Both the position numbers and the translations under genes were made by a program. The notes below the pieces were generated by a model, which saw only the letters and a list, made by a program, of their open reading frames with translations, searched no databases and was not told the origin of the DNA. Shown piece by piece: positions 7,735 through 15,935 of a stretch of DNA of 64,000 bases; positions within the stretch are counted from its first letter, which is position 1, and every line of letters starts with the position of its first letter. The stretch is taken from the IMG/VR virus record IMGVR_UViG_3300044535_002275, positions 95,511 through 159,510 of that record; one strand, 5' to 3'. The stretch comes from a virus.

Positions 7735-8217
7735 CTATGCTGCTTGTTGCTGATTTAAAATTTCTTTTAAACGATCAGCACAGTAGGATGCAGCAAATGC
7801 CTGTGGTTTGACACGGGGAACTACATTACACATGCCACGTATGTAACCAATGGCTTCATTGACCACACAGCTGGATCCGTGCATTTCGTTGGGATTAATA
7901 TCTAGGTGTACTTCTACTAGACGATCTTCTAGTACCTCATTTAATTTTAAATAAAGTTCAGCAATCTTGTACACTTCGTTCATAAGTCGCATGCGTGGCT
8001 TGTCTTTCTTTTGATCCCAGTCACGTTCACGTTGTACTTCTCCAAAAATCTTACATCCGTTATTGCCATTGATATGCACCACAATGGCTAGGGTGTAATC
8101 AGCATACCAAGCACCGTTCAGTTGGAATCGTTCGCTGTCGCCACCGATGTAGATACGGGTAGCAGGACCTTGCGCAAGAACAAATTCCTTTACTTCTTCT
8201 ATATTGATACTGCGCAT
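7735..8217 (-). CDS. RNase H-like YkuK/DUF458 family protein
   Basis: IYIGGDS, RLMNEV, EVHLDIN, VKPQAFAASYCAD. Confidence 0.85.
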   Translation of the reverse strand: MRSINIEEVKEFVLAQGPATRIYIGGDSERFQLNGAWYADYTLAIVVHINGNNGCKIFGEVQRERDWDQKKDKPRMRLMNEVYKIAELYLKLNEVLEDRLVEVHLDINPNEMHGSSCVVNEAIGYIRGMCNVVPRVKPQAFAASYCADRLKEILNQQQAA

Positions 8218-8243
8218 GTAACACCTTTGTGGTTAAACTAATT

Positions 8244-8319
<76 letters not shown>

Positions 8320-8326
8320 ATAAACT

Positions 8327-8402
8327 TGGAGCGGCTAACCGGGTTCGAACCGATGACGTCTTGCTTGGCAAGCAAGTACTCTACCAACTGAGCTACAGCC
8401 GC
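8327..8402 (-). tRNA. tRNA-Gly(GCC)
   Basis: loop TT-GCC-AA, CCA. Confidence 0.95.
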
Positions 8403-8445
8403 ATTAAATTATTTTACTACATAGCTGTGTATATAGTAACAAACT

Positions 8446-8519
8446 TGGTGGACCGTGAGAGAATCGAACTCTCAACTCCGGCTTGCAAAGCCAGTGTTAT
8501 CCCATTTAACTAACAGCCC
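8446..8519 (-). tRNA. tRNA-Ala(TGC)
   Basis: loop TT-TGC-AA, CCA. Confidence 0.93.
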
Positions 8520-8525
8520 ATAACT

Positions 8526-8601
8526 TGGTCTGAGTACAAGGATTTGAACCTTGGACGCCTGGTCCCAAACCAGGTATGTTACCAGACTACACTATACTCA
8601 G
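8526..8601 (-). tRNA. tRNA-Pro(GGG)
   Basis: loop TT-GGG-AC, CCA. Confidence 0.92.
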
Positions 8602-8609
8602 ATACGACT

Positions 8610-8683
8610 TGGTTCTCACGAGAAGAATTGAACTTCTGTCTATCGGTTATCAGCCGATTGCTCTACCATTGAGCTACATGAGA
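8610..8683 (-). tRNA. tRNA-Ile(GAT)
   Basis: loop CT-GAT-AA, CCA. Confidence 0.93.
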
Positions 8684-8691
8684 ATAACTTT

Positions 8692-8733
8692 CAATTTATA
8701 AAGCACACTGACCTCAATGCGCTTTATAAATTG
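8692..8733 (-). repeat. long hairpin related to the stems at 476-590 and 5885-5956
   Basis: CAATTTATAAAGCACACTGA-CC-TCAATGCGCTTTATAAATTG. Confidence 0.7.
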
Positions 8734-8859
8734 CACAGGCCTTCCCTGTGCTGCCTATTTTACTTTCGTTGTTACCGCCAACGATTTCATCCAGGACTCC
8801 GCCCATTCGAACATGTTTAGCGTGGGCTCTGGGTTCTCGTTACCCATTCCACGTACTAC

Positions 8860-8897
8860 AAAAGCAAAAACCCCAGGGTTTTTAATCCTGGGGTCTT
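8860..8897 (-). terminator. intrinsic terminator of the putative attenuator
   Basis: AAGACCCCAGG-ATTAAAAAC-CCTGGGGTTTT followed by TGCTTTT. Confidence 0.85.
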
Positions 8898-8941
8898 GGT
8901 TAAGAATATACGGACTGTGTATATGGTCTAACCAAGACCCC
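8890..8941 (-). promoter_or_regulatory. antiterminator helix
   Basis: perfect 13-bp inverted repeat 8929-8941 / 8890-8902, overlapping the terminator 5' arm and the leader stop codon. Confidence 0.8.
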
Positions 8942-9068
8942 CTGATGGCTCGCGATCGCTTGTAATCATCTCGACGGTTGCAAACCCGCAATTTGACCAA
9001 TAGGCTACTGTGCCTAGTTTGGGCTGTTGCGATATCTGCACGAAGTGATTAAGAGTGTTTATTTTCAT
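8928..9068 (-). CDS. 46-aa leader peptide containing all 20 amino acids
   Basis: MKINTLNHFVQISQQPKLGTVAYWSNCGFATVEMITSDREPSGGLG*; ATG 9 nt after the -10 box. Confidence 0.75.
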   Translation of the reverse strand: MKINTLNHFVQISQQPKLGTVAYWSNCGFATVEMITSDREPSGGLG

Positions 9069-9077
9069 ATTAAAGTA

Positions 9078-9106
9078 ATTGTACGTGTTTATTTATACCT
9101 TGTCAA
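9078..9106 (-). promoter_or_regulatory. sigma70 promoter with TATAAATA late motif in its spacer
   Basis: TTGACA-17-TACAAT; TATAAATA at 9097-9090. Confidence 0.85.
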
Positions 9107-9115
9107 CCAGTAATC

Positions 9116-9394
9116 CTACTTAGTCTGTTCAAATATTTTGCTGTATTTTCTCAATTTTTCTTCCTTGCGGAGCCAAGCACGTTGCAAACCTTCTTCGGAT
9201 ACTACACCGTCTTCGTGCAACAGTTCGATCATAAACATAACATCACCTATTTCCTGCTCTAAATGATCGCGGTGTAAGCGACCATCTGGGTGGCGGCTGT
9301 CAATACCAAATCTTCGGCACTTGCTGACTTCCTGTATCACTTCAGCACATTCCTCCTGAAGTATGTCTAAAATTTCTTGTATACGTTTATTCAT
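9116..9394 (-). CDS. MazG-like NTP pyrophosphohydrolase
   Basis: LQEECAEVIQ...EQEIGDV. Confidence 0.85.
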   Translation of the reverse strand: MNKRIQEILDILQEECAEVIQEVSKCRRFGIDSRHPDGRLHRDHLEQEIGDVMFMIELLHEDGVVSEEGLQRAWLRKEEKLRKYSKIFEQTK

Positions 9395-9432
9395 TTTTTA
9401 TAATTTAAAAATTTTTCAATATTGCAGTAGCA

Positions 9433-9990
9433 TTATTTGCACATAAACCATGTGGGTTGCTTGCTGGCCCAATTATCGCCTGGTGCACAGTCGATAACAT
9501 AAATGTCTCGTTGCTTACGTTCGGCAAAGATGTTTAAATTCTCAACCACTAGTGGCCAAGCAGTTTGATTATAATCATCACCGCTGAATATACCACCGGG
9601 TTTTACTTTAGGCCACCAATCGTCAAAAGTCTGACCGTTTTCTTGTCCAGTATGTGCAAAGCCATCAATGTAAATCCAGTCAAAATAATTGTTCTCGAAC
9701 ACATTAACAACTTCGCTAAATTTCATCTTGATTATAGATGATCTATTTCTAAAAGGTATCAAATTTTGCATTGCGGCTTGGTAACGGCCGTCGTCTGGAT
9801 CAAACATGTCTACAGTATAAAGATATTCTAAATCAGAATTTTCTAACACTTGCCGAGAAAAATCTCCCCCTGCTGTGCCCAATTCAATTCCTATACCTTG
9901 AGACTTCACCAGTTTAACAACATCGTGACGAGAACCAAATTTGTGAACAACTCCGTTCAATTCAAATTCTTTTACTGTGTGTATTTTCAT
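9433..9990 (-). CDS. class I SAM-dependent methyltransferase
   Basis: IELGTAGG, IYIDGFAH, VKPGGIFSGDDY. Confidence 0.88.
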   Translation of the reverse strand: MKIHTVKEFELNGVVHKFGSRHDVVKLVKSQGIGIELGTAGGDFSRQVLENSDLEYLYTVDMFDPDDGRYQAAMQNLIPFRNRSSIIKMKFSEVVNVFENNYFDWIYIDGFAHTGQENGQTFDDWWPKVKPGGIFSGDDYNQTAWPLVVENLNIFAERKQRDIYVIDCAPGDNWASKQPTWFMCK

Positions 9991-10011
9991 AAGATTCTTA
10001 TTTTAGAAATA

Positions 10012-10096
10012 TGGTGCGACGGGCCGGAATCGAACCGGCATGCTGTTAAGCGAGAGATTTTAAGTCTCTTGTGTCTACCTATTTCACCACCATCGC
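10012..10096 (-). tRNA. tRNA-Leu(TAA)
   Basis: loop CT-TAA-AA, variable arm. Confidence 0.95.
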
Positions 10097-10107
10097 ATTT
10101 TACTTTC

Positions 10108-10182
10108 TGGCCCGGCGTACAGGAATCGAACCCATATTCAGCGGGTAGAAGCCGCTTGTATTATCCATTATACTAACGCCAG
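10108..10182 (-). tRNA. tRNA-Arg(TCT)
   Basis: stem AGCGG/CCGCT, loop CT-TCT-AC. Confidence 0.9.
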
Positions 10183-10185
10183 TAT

Positions 10186-10262
10186 TGGTGCCCCCGGAGG
10201 GATTTGAACCCCCGACCAATCGATTATGAGTCGACTGCTACTGACCACTGAGCTACAGGGGC
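10186..10262 (-). tRNA. tRNA-Ile2(CAT), lysidine type
   Basis: GCCCCTGTAGCTCAGTGG...GACT-CAT-AATC resembles bacterial Ile2. Confidence 0.85.
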
Positions 10263-10275
10263 GGAACTCTATTTA

Positions 10276-10455
10276 TTATACCGGAAACACAGAACGGATC
10301 TGCACTTCGGTATTGTCACGCTCAAACATGGCTTTGATTTGCTTTTCAGCATAGTATCGCCCACCATCGCAAGTCACTGCCTGAGATCCTTCTGTTAATA
10401 CTTCACCGCTGTTTTTACGATAAACAACATAATTGACATTAAATGTTTGGGACAC
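10276..10455 (-). CDS. 59-aa hypothetical protein (not in ORF track)
   Basis: AAGGA RBS, GTG start, MSQTFNVNYVVYRK. Confidence 0.65.
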   Translation of the reverse strand: MSQTFNVNYVVYRKNSGEVLTEGSQAVTCDGGRYYAEKQIKAMFERDNTEVQIRSVFPV

Positions 10456-10507
10456 GATGTTTCCTTGATGTTTAATTACTGTTGATGTTGTCTACTACTG
10501 AAATACA

Positions 10508-10536
10508 ATTGTAGTGCAATTGGTTTTACTGGTCAA
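10508..10536 (-). promoter_or_regulatory. sigma70 promoter
   Basis: TTGACC-17-TACAAT. Confidence 0.7.
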
Positions 10537-11401
10537 CTGGTTGTTTTAATCCGCGCCACCGATCCACTGCAGAATTACAGTTGATCCACCGTTCACCGTC
10601 CCAGCGTACAAATTCCACAGTGTCGTTGATGCTGCATTCGTACACACCCAAGTGTACCGGGTCACATGTTCCCGGCAACCACTCGGTGCGATCGTCTTGG
10701 TCTATCACACGTTGCGCCCAAGTTTCTTCACCTTCTAACACATCCACTGCGTCGCTGCCCACACGGTAGATTTCGTAGTTGGCAGATTTACCACGTGTGT
10801 CGTAAGCGTCGGCGCCGTCTAGATCTTCCCCGGCATACGAAACACTGTCCACAATGGGCCAACTGTTGTACACACTGTATCTGATCTGCAATTGAGCAGG
10901 ATCCCACGGTTGTGTCAGTTCAAATTCGGCACTGAAAAAGCAGCCTTTATCCACACTCTGTCCCACAAATACACAAGTACCAGACTCGAAATCATCCAAT
11001 TCGATATTTTCGAATTCTTCTAATTTGACGCCGTGGTTTTCCAAGTTCTCATGATCCAGTGTGGTGGAAAACAAAGTTTCCCCAGTCGATTGATCCTCTA
11101 CTGTGATCCAGCACAACCCACTCAACTCTATACCGTTGTTGTGCGCAATATCGTCGCAGTCGTGCCAGGCACCTCGAGCAAACGGTTGGTACTTTTCTGG
11201 CACTGTCTCTGTTTCGTTGTCACTCCAGTCTGTGGCATATTCTTCCAGGTCGTCACAGCGATCTTGCCAGTATTCGTACACTGACTGAGACACACGACCC
11301 ATCACAATTTCACCGCCATAGCCGTGTAAAGTAATACAGATCTGTCTAGGTGTAAACTGCAATACCTTAATCAATTGATCTTGTTCTTGTGCCTTGGACA
11401 T
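10526..11401 (-). CDS. acidic hypothetical protein
   Basis: 291 aa ORF with RBS. Confidence 0.8.
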   Translation of the reverse strand: MSKAQEQDQLIKVLQFTPRQICITLHGYGGEIVMGRVSQSVYEYWQDRCDDLEEYATDWSDNETETVPEKYQPFARGAWHDCDDIAHNNGIELSGLCWITVEDQSTGETLFSTTLDHENLENHGVKLEEFENIELDDFESGTCVFVGQSVDKGCFFSAEFELTQPWDPAQLQIRYSVYNSWPIVDSVSYAGEDLDGADAYDTRGKSANYEIYRVGSDAVDVLEGEETWAQRVIDQDDRTEWLPGTCDPVHLGVYECSINDTVEFVRWDGERWINCNSAVDRWRGLKQPVDQ

Positions 11402-11403
11402 GC

Positions 11404-11664
11404 CTAGTCCTTTTTAAGGTTGCGCATGATCTGATTCTGTTCCATTTCGTATACAGCACGACTAAAGCGATACCAAGCGATACCAGCATCAACTAAGGAC
11501 ATTGACACCCCGGTAATTAGCACATAAAAAGGCCAAGACCCAGGGCATCCGCTGACTAGCATGATTACAGCTAAGATTACAGTCACAAATCCCCAAAAGC
11601 TCAAGCTCTTGTGACAATCTCGAAACTGCCAACGAATGAAACTCATATTTGTTTGTTTTTCCAT
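11404..11664 (-). CDS. small membrane protein
   Basis: two TM segments. Confidence 0.7.
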   Translation of the reverse strand: MEKQTNMSFIRWQFRDCHKSLSFWGFVTVILAVIMLVSGCPGSWPFYVLITGVSMSLVDAGIAWYRFSRAVYEMEQNQIMRNLKKD

Positions 11665-11852
11665 TATTCAACTCCAAAGTGTTGTTTAAGATATGCTACA
11701 TTGTCGCCCTGCTGTCTGGCAACATCAACGCACTCCTGTACAATGCGCTGTCCAAAACTGGCTAATTGTGCAGTATTAACTTCAGGATAGATACTGCCGC
11801 CGGCTTCTAATGCAATACGATGCAGCACTTCTGTTAAATGACGATCACGCAT
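11664..11852 (-). CDS. hypothetical protein
   Basis: AGGAG RBS, behind promoter. Confidence 0.75.
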   Translation of the reverse strand: MRDRHLTEVLHRIALEAGGSIYPEVNTAQLASFGQRIVQECVDVARQQGDNVAYLKQHFGVE

Positions 11853-11883
11853 ATTGATCTCCTGATTTCTAATTTACACTACA

Positions 11884-11937
11884 ATTATACTGGATATTTT
11901 CTTATTTGTCAAGCAATTGCTGTAGCAAAAATGCAAC
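11884..11937 (-). promoter_or_regulatory. sigma70 promoter with upstream near-palindrome
   Basis: TTGACA-17-TATAAT at 11912-11884; GTAGCAAAAATGCAAC 11922-11937. Confidence 0.8.
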
Positions 11938-11938
11938 A

Positions 11939-12277
11939 CTAACGCCAAGTTCTGTGACGTTCAGCAATCCATTCGTGTCCGTCGTATTCTTGTATAATCC
12001 AGTCAACATCAGCCGGTATTTCTATTATTTTAAGTTGAGAAAAATTATCTTCAGCACGTTCTCCCCATTCTTCAACTAATCGAACCAAATAAGGATCGTC
12101 ACGGTCGATGTCTTGATCAGTGAATTCGTCGTCGTCAATGCAGGCCATGCGTTTGTATTCTTCCAAGGCAGATTCGCTGAGACCGTACCCGCCAAAACAA
12201 TCATTGATGACTATTTTGCGAATTCCCATAAGCTGCTGAATTAATCGATCTTTTTCTTCGGAGGTTGCCATTGACAT
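11939..12277 (-). CDS. phage hypothetical protein
   Basis: IVINDCFGGYGLS...EYDGHEWIAE. Confidence 0.8.
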   Translation of the reverse strand: MSMATSEEKDRLIQQLMGIRKIVINDCFGGYGLSESALEEYKRMACIDDDEFTDQDIDRDDPYLVRLVEEWGERAEDNFSQLKIIEIPADVDWIIQEYDGHEWIAERHRTWR

Positions 12278-12441
12278 GCAAATAAAAAACTATCGCTTTT
12301 ACGTTTAAAAACAAACGTAGTCGAGTCTGTGCTGAATTTAACACTCCATTCGCCAGATCTCAAATTCTGCCGGCACCAATCCATCATGGAGTCAATTTCA
12401 TTATTGCTGTAGAGATCAAATGATATTTCTGTCATGACCAT
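12241..12441 (-). CDS. small paralog family member (divergent)
   Basis: DWCRQNL...FLFACQW. Confidence 0.65.
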   Translation of the reverse strand: MVMTEISFDLYSNNEIDSMMDWCRQNLRSGEWSVKFSTDSTTFVFKRKSDSFLFACQWQPPKKKID

Positions 12442-12659
12442 TTTAATAAAAAAGCAATGTATTCAGGTTCTAACATGTATACTTCTCCGGCTTGAGTACT
12501 TGCCATTACATATACATTTATGCCGTACCATTCAGCCATCCAAAGTTTAAATTGTTGACTGCCGACAGCAGCACTGGGGTCAATATGATTTTGCATACGA
12601 CTGACTATGTCGTGCCAAAATTTGGGATACTGTTTGAGATTTACTCGTTTCATGACCAC
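12432..12659 (-). CDS. small paralog family member
   Basis: ends FLLKWS. Confidence 0.75.
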   Translation of the reverse strand: MVMKRVNLKQYPKFWHDIVSRMQNHIDPSAAVGSQQFKLWMAEWYGINVYVMASTQAGEVYMLEPEYIAFLLKWS

Positions 12660-12919
12660 CGTAAAATAAACATTAGCAGCAATTCTTGATTGTCAAAACC
12701 CACAGTCATGCCCATTTGAACAGCACCGGGATGGTCAGCACACCACGCATCTAACGCATCGGCATGATCTGTCCAGAAATAGATGTCGGTTAGTACTATC
12801 AAATGCGACACTGCATTGTCGTGCGCTATTGCAGATTCTACCACTATAAATCTTTGTTTTTTCCACTCAGAAAAAATGTCTTCTTGATATTGATTAATTG
12901 TCATCCTGTATATATTCAC
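12650..12919 (-). CDS. small paralog family member
   Basis: ends FILRWS. Confidence 0.75.
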   Translation of the reverse strand: MNIYRMTINQYQEDIFSEWKKQRFIVVESAIAHDNAVSHLIVLTDIYFWTDHADALDAWCADHPGAVQMGMTVGFDNQELLLMFILRWS

Positions 12920-13175
12920 TGTACTTTAACATAAAAAATGTTTTCTTTGCACTGTTGTACCAGTCCAAGTAAACACAACCTCGATAGTAGCCGAGATTGT
13001 CACGATTTTGAATCCAGTGAGCATGACGTCTAACAGTAAAGCCCAGTTCTCGTTGCATGACCGAGCGCATGATGATGTGGCTGGGAGGATAGTCGCGTAC
13101 CAAGCGTTCGCGAAGACGATTCCATTGTCCTGGGGTCAACTCAGTAGACTCTAACTCCAGCGAAGCTGAAACCAT
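12894..13175 (-). CDS. small paralog family member
   Basis: FFMLKYS near C-terminus. Confidence 0.7.
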   Translation of the reverse strand: MVSASLELESTELTPGQWNRLRERLVRDYPPSHIIMRSVMQRELGFTVRRHAHWIQNRDNLGYYRGCVYLDWYNSAKKTFFMLKYSEYIQDDN

Positions 13176-13375
13176 TCTGCGTCCTCGACTGTTTTAAATT
13201 CCCACCGCCAACTGCTGTTGCGGTACGCAATGCCAGTAGAATCTAACCATTGATTTATTTCGTTTTGTAATCGCCTGCCGCGCCACCAATGGTCAACATC
13301 AGCCTGAACCACATTGACCACACAAGGCCATTCGTCTGGTGCCTCTAACACTGTCATGACGAATTTCATGCCCAC
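13151..13375 (-). CDS. small paralog family member
   Basis: ends FQLRWS. Confidence 0.75.
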   Translation of the reverse strand: MGMKFVMTVLEAPDEWPCVVNVVQADVDHWWRGRRLQNEINQWLDSTGIAYRNSSWRWEFKTVEDAEWFQLRWS

Positions 13376-13569
13376 CGCAATTGAAACAACAAGGCCTGTT
13401 CGGCGTCTTCAAATTCTAACCAAGGATAAAATGTTTCCCTACGAACAGGAAACACTCCTTGCGTATATAGCCAGTAACTGAATTCGTCGTTGTTGAGGTT
13501 GTGATTTTCTATCCACCATTTGGCAGCATTGACCCAGTAAGGTTCAATAGGTAATTGTATCATAACCAC
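13366..13569 (-). CDS. small paralog family member
   Basis: ends FQLRWA. Confidence 0.75.
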   Translation of the reverse strand: MVMIQLPIEPYWVNAAKWWIENHNLNNDEFSYWLYTQGVFPVRRETFYPWLEFEDAEQALLFQLRWA

Positions 13570-13742
13570 TTCAATGTAAAAAATGCCGCATCGCCGGAAT
13601 TTTTAAACTCCCAGATACTATCCCTAATGCGCAGATTCCATTGATCACGGAACTCACCAAAGTGTTGCTCGCACCATTGAAACATAACGGGCATCTTTTT
13701 ATAATCAACACCGGGCACATAAATTCTGACGATCACTTCCAC
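13560..13742 (-). CDS. small paralog family member
   Basis: ends FTLKWL. Confidence 0.75.
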   Translation of the reverse strand: MEVIVRIYVPGVDYKKMPVMFQWCEQHFGEFRDQWNLRIRDSIWEFKNSGDAAFFTLKWL

Positions 13743-13966
13743 CTCAATTGAAATAACACAACATCCTGATCGTCACCAAATTGATATTCACACATCAGAT
13801 CATTTGTAACAGAAAAGTCTGATACATCCTGTACCTCATAGGTAACAAAACTCTCGCAGTTTTCCTCAGCCCAGGCAGCGGCTGCTCGAAAATATTGTGA
13901 TGCCACTCTTAGCGTCATTCCGGTATCGTTTAGTATGACGGTAATCATGACCACCTCAATATCCAC
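13733..13966 (-). CDS. small paralog family member
   Basis: ends FQLRWK. Confidence 0.75.
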   Translation of the reverse strand: MDIEVVMITVILNDTGMTLRVASQYFRAAAAWAEENCESFVTYEVQDVSDFSVTNDLMCEYQFGDDQDVVLFQLRWK

Positions 13967-14184
13967 GCAGTTGACTCGGGAGAATCGTTAAACTCTAATT
14001 GAAACCGTGGCATAAACGCCTGATCCAACCCCTCTTCCCATACAAATCGATAAGGTCCAGGGCATATCAGTCTAAACTGTTCCTCTATGCGTTCTCGTGT
14101 AATGTAGTCCCAAGGTTCAAACAGATACTGTTCGATGACTTCTGAGGCCATTTCAATATATTGCGGTGCGTCGCTCACGACCAC
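13945..14184 (-). CDS. small paralog family member
   Basis: ends WILRWS. Confidence 0.75.
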   Translation of the reverse strand: MVVSDAPQYIEMASEVIEQYLFEPWDYITRERIEEQFRLICPGPYRFVWEEGLDQAFMPRFQLEFNDSPESTAWILRWS

Positions 14185-14402
14185 CTCAACGCAAACATAA
14201 TGACAGTGTCTGGATCCACTAGATCAGTATCCAATTCAAATCTGACACGATGCTGCATTGGATTAATCTGCTGATAACTCATGCTCCATCCTTGCCCGCG
14301 TACATGATTACCGCCTGCATGCGGCAAGGCTTCGCCCACATTGTCCGTAAGCCATTGTACAATGGCACGAGCACGTTCAGTGTCCTGAGTATCTACAATC
14401 AT
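14175..14402 (-). CDS. small paralog family member
   Basis: ends FALRWS. Confidence 0.75.
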   Translation of the reverse strand: MIVDTQDTERARAIVQWLTDNVGEALPHAGGNHVRGQGWSMSYQQINPMQHRVRFELDTDLVDPDTVIMFALRWS

Positions 14403-14755
14403 CTACGTTCAAACTCTATCACTTGTTCCCAGTCAGGTCCCATGATCATTTGGGTCTTGTTGATCACAAAAATATGTTGAGGAAAACGCTGTTCTAGCAC
14501 AGCAACAATTTCGTTGTGATCACGTCCCTGGGCCAAAAAGGTACCGTCGTCGTTGTCAAACCAATATATGATGTCGTTGATAACTTCTTGTTTGACCACA
14601 TGCACACGTTGTTCCAGTTGTGCAATCTCCTGTTGTTCTTGATCGTGTTGATCCTGCAGCGAGGGCAAAATCAACCAGCGCAGTACCATGCGTCCCAAAA
14701 CAACCCCCACAGCAAACCAGCCAATGGTACTTAAAATGCTTACTAAGATATCCAT
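14399..14755 (-). CDS. membrane-anchored hypothetical protein
   Basis: N-terminal TM, RBS. Confidence 0.75.
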   Translation of the reverse strand: MDILVSILSTIGWFAVGVVLGRMVLRWLILPSLQDQHDQEQQEIAQLEQRVHVVKQEVINDIIYWFDNDDGTFLAQGRDHNEIVAVLEQRFPQHIFVINKTQMIMGPDWEQVIEFERR

Positions 14756-14763
14756 GCTGTTCC

Positions 14764-15000
14764 TTACAGGGATTGAATATGATCAATAATTAATTGCGAC
14801 TCTGACATGTCAACAAGCCCGTTATCGATGTCGGTATCGAATACTTCGAACATGACCATGCGGATCATGGCATGAGCCATAGGCTTGATGCTAGCAGGTA
14901 AAGATTCGAACCACTTGATTAGTTGTTCGGACGTGTTGCATGACCAAATTGCATCACATAATTCTTGTTGTAGAGGCGAAAGATTAGGAATTGATATCAT
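14764..15000 (-). CDS. hypothetical protein
   Basis: 78 aa ORF in operon. Confidence 0.7.
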   Translation of the reverse strand: MISIPNLSPLQQELCDAIWSCNTSEQLIKWFESLPASIKPMAHAMIRMVMFEVFDTDIDNGLVDMSESQLIIDHIQSL

Positions 15001-15155
15001 ATTTTTTCCAGTCGTTGTTGGCGTCGGTACTCGTGTTTGAGAAAGTATTTAAATCTTTGAAAATATTCTGATCGGCTGAAGCGAGATTCGTGACACTGCT
15101 CGCGTTCGTCGCAGTTGTCAAACCATAGTTGTTCAATCCACACACGGAATTTCAT
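14997..15155 (-). CDS. 52-aa hypothetical protein (not in ORF track)
   Basis: AGGAG RBS; MKFRVWIEQLWFDNCDER; ATGA overlap. Confidence 0.7.
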   Translation of the reverse strand: MKFRVWIEQLWFDNCDEREQCHESRFSRSEYFQRFKYFLKHEYRRQQRLEKI

Positions 15156-15175
15156 TTCTGTCTCCTGATGCGTTA

Positions 15176-15230
15176 ATTATACTACTAAACTTGTTGCCAG
15201 TCAACAGAGAAAGTGTGGTTTTTTCACAAC
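15176..15230 (-). promoter_or_regulatory. sigma70 promoter with upstream near-palindrome
   Basis: TTGACT-17-TATAAT at 15204-15176; GTGGTTTTTTCACAAC 15215-15230. Confidence 0.8.
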
Positions 15231-15245
15231 TGTTGTACATACGCC

Positions 15246-15608
15246 TTAGCGCGGAACACACCCATTTAGCCATGCCGTGAGGTCACCGTACATGGTGGCC
15301 ATCATGGCTTCTCGACTGCTAAAAAATACTATTTTTCGAGCACGGGAATCCAGGTAAAAAGGAAATGCAATCTTACGGTCCATGTCCAGCAACACACGCT
15401 TGGTTATGGTTTTGGGTTCGAACGGCAAATGCCAATGCTGTATTTCCAAGGTCTGACTCAATACTCTAAATCCCTCAGCAGTGAGTCTCAAGCCACCAGT
15501 ATCTCTTATGTTGACATACCAATCAAATAGAGCCTCGTTTAATTCCGGAGCAGCAGCACCGGGCCAGGCACGAATAAGTTCTTGTGTGATGTCACGCTTG
15601 TTTATCAT
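15246..15608 (-). CDS. hypothetical protein
   Basis: 120 aa ORF. Confidence 0.75.
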   Translation of the reverse strand: MINKRDITQELIRAWPGAAAPELNEALFDWYVNIRDTGGLRLTAEGFRVLSQTLEIQHWHLPFEPKTITKRVLLDMDRKIAFPFYLDSRARKIVFFSSREAMMATMYGDLTAWLNGCVPR

Positions 15609-15894
15609 CAGGATATATCTGTTGACCTTGAGTCAACAACACCACTGAGAATTTGTCAGTTTTGAATTGAGTGTTGAGTTTTTTGGCCAAGTTGACAGCA
15701 TGTCCTTGATTACTGAACGATACTTTTTTATACTTGGGTCCAGGGTATTGAACCAACAGATTAGAAGTCTTGAGATTGATAGGCTTGCTATCAAAGAACA
15801 CAGCCCAGATACCTTGGGCTGCTAATACCTGTTCAGTTTTATAAGTAGATCTGTTGGTGATTTCTACTAGCACATCGGGTTTTGGTCTGCTCAT
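15592..15894 (-). CDS. hypothetical protein
   Basis: AGGAG RBS, MSRPKP. Confidence 0.8.
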   Translation of the reverse strand: MSRPKPDVLVEITNRSTYKTEQVLAAQGIWAVFFDSKPINLKTSNLLVQYPGPKYKKVSFSNQGHAVNLAKKLNTQFKTDKFSVVLLTQGQQIYPDDKQA

Positions 15895-15935
15895 TCATTA
15901 AACTCCTACATTTATTTATCTAAATGTAAGCCGTT

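Noticed and set aside
8760-8800. Hammerhead ribozyme (CUGGAUGA...GAAA)
   Set aside because: The core has an extra G relative to CUGAUGA, and stems I and III were not found.
8755-9000. 81-aa minus and 82-aa plus ORFs from the track
   Set aside because: No RBS, they cross the terminator, and they are out of frame with or opposite to the promoter-proximal ORF.
8860-9070. T-box riboswitch
   Set aside because: No UGGNACC T-box bulge or Stem I motifs; a leader ORF explains the layout better.
10108-10182. Possible amber suppressor tRNA (CTA in loop) or stop-codon recoding
   Set aside because: The 5-bp stem places TCT at the anticodon, and long genes are intact in the standard code.
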